A stretch of DNA of 15,832 nt from positions 1 through 15,832 of the forward strand of contig CAUZVF010000025.1 of the NCBI GenBank assembly GCA_963582955.1. Direction: 5' to 3'. The stretch is from Planctomycetota bacterium (lineage in GTDB: Bacteria; Planctomycetota; Planctomycetia; Planctomycetales; Planctomycetaceae). A model generated the notes under the pieces. That model made no database searches and was not told where the DNA came from. It worked only from the letters and a program-made list of their open reading frames with translations. The position numbers and the translations under genes were made by a program. Below, in pieces: positions 15,545 through 15,832 of this stretch. How positions within the stretch are numbered: the stretch's first letter is position 1; each line of letters starts with the position of its first letter.

Positions 15545-15832
15545 TCAATCCTTAACAACCGGATTTGTCAGAGTGCCGATTCCGGAAATTTCAATCGAGA
15601 CCGAATCACCGTTCTGCAAAGTGAATTCGTCCGGTGGCACGATTCCGGTGCCAGTGAGCAGAAAGGCTCCGTTGGGGAACGTGTTTTCTTTTCCGAGCCA
15701 ACCAATCAGGTCCTCAAAGCCACGGGCCATTTGGTCGAGATTCGTTTCACCATGAAAGACCTCGCTGCCGCCGCGCTGGATTGTCAGAATGATCTTCGTG
15801 TTCGGACGATCCAGCGGTGCTTCGGGCAGCAG
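15545..15832 (-). CDS. Fumarylacetoacetate hydrolase (FAH) family protein, C-terminal part; truncated by the window edge
   Basis: The open frame continues to the window edge: LLPEAPLDRPNTKIILTIQRGGSEVFHGETNLDQMARGFEDLIGWLGKENTFPNGAFLLTGTGIVPPDEFTLQNGDSVSIEISGIGTLTNPVVKD. 'LLTGTGIVPP..F.L..GD.V.IEI.GIG.L.NPV' is FAH-like. Confidence 0.8.
   Translation of the reverse strand: MLPEAPLDRPNTKIILTIQRGGSEVFHGETNLDQMARGFEDLIGWLGKENTFPNGAFLLTGTGIVPPDEFTLQNGDSVSIEISGIGTLTNPVVKD

Noticed and set aside
1-15832. Defence system, CRISPR array, tRNA/rRNA, or transposase gene
   Set aside because: No tandem repeat-spacer pattern, tRNA-like cloverleaf, rRNA-like stretch, or nuclease/transposase/toxin motifs recognised among the supported ORFs.

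Overview
The window has a conserved housekeeping section, an unusual metabolic cluster and two further genes. It looks like planctomycete DNA, but that is inferred only from protein style. Housekeeping section: ispG (+), then convergent minus-strand pyrH, tsf and rpsB. Metabolic cluster, all minus strand, in transcription order: VOC/glyoxalase-like protein -> class III aminotransferase -> an 818-aa fusion of a class III aminotransferase with a domain resembling cyanobacterial long-chain acyl-ACP reductase (AAR) -> a 703-aa PEP-synthase/rifampin-phosphotransferase-like protein whose start overlaps the fusion gene by 17 nt. Other genes: a zinc-ribbon/TM trypsin-like serine protease (+), a Ycf46-type AAA ATPase (-), and the C-terminal part of an FAH-family protein (-) cut by the window edge. 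The most interesting feature is the aminotransferase-AAR fusion, which by inference could reduce an acyl thioester to an aldehyde and transaminate it to an amine, with a coupled ATP-dependent dikinase-like phosphotransferase. Two long near-perfect inverted repeats lie in the intergenic regions on either side of pyrH. No rRNA, tRNA, CRISPR array or transposase was recognised.
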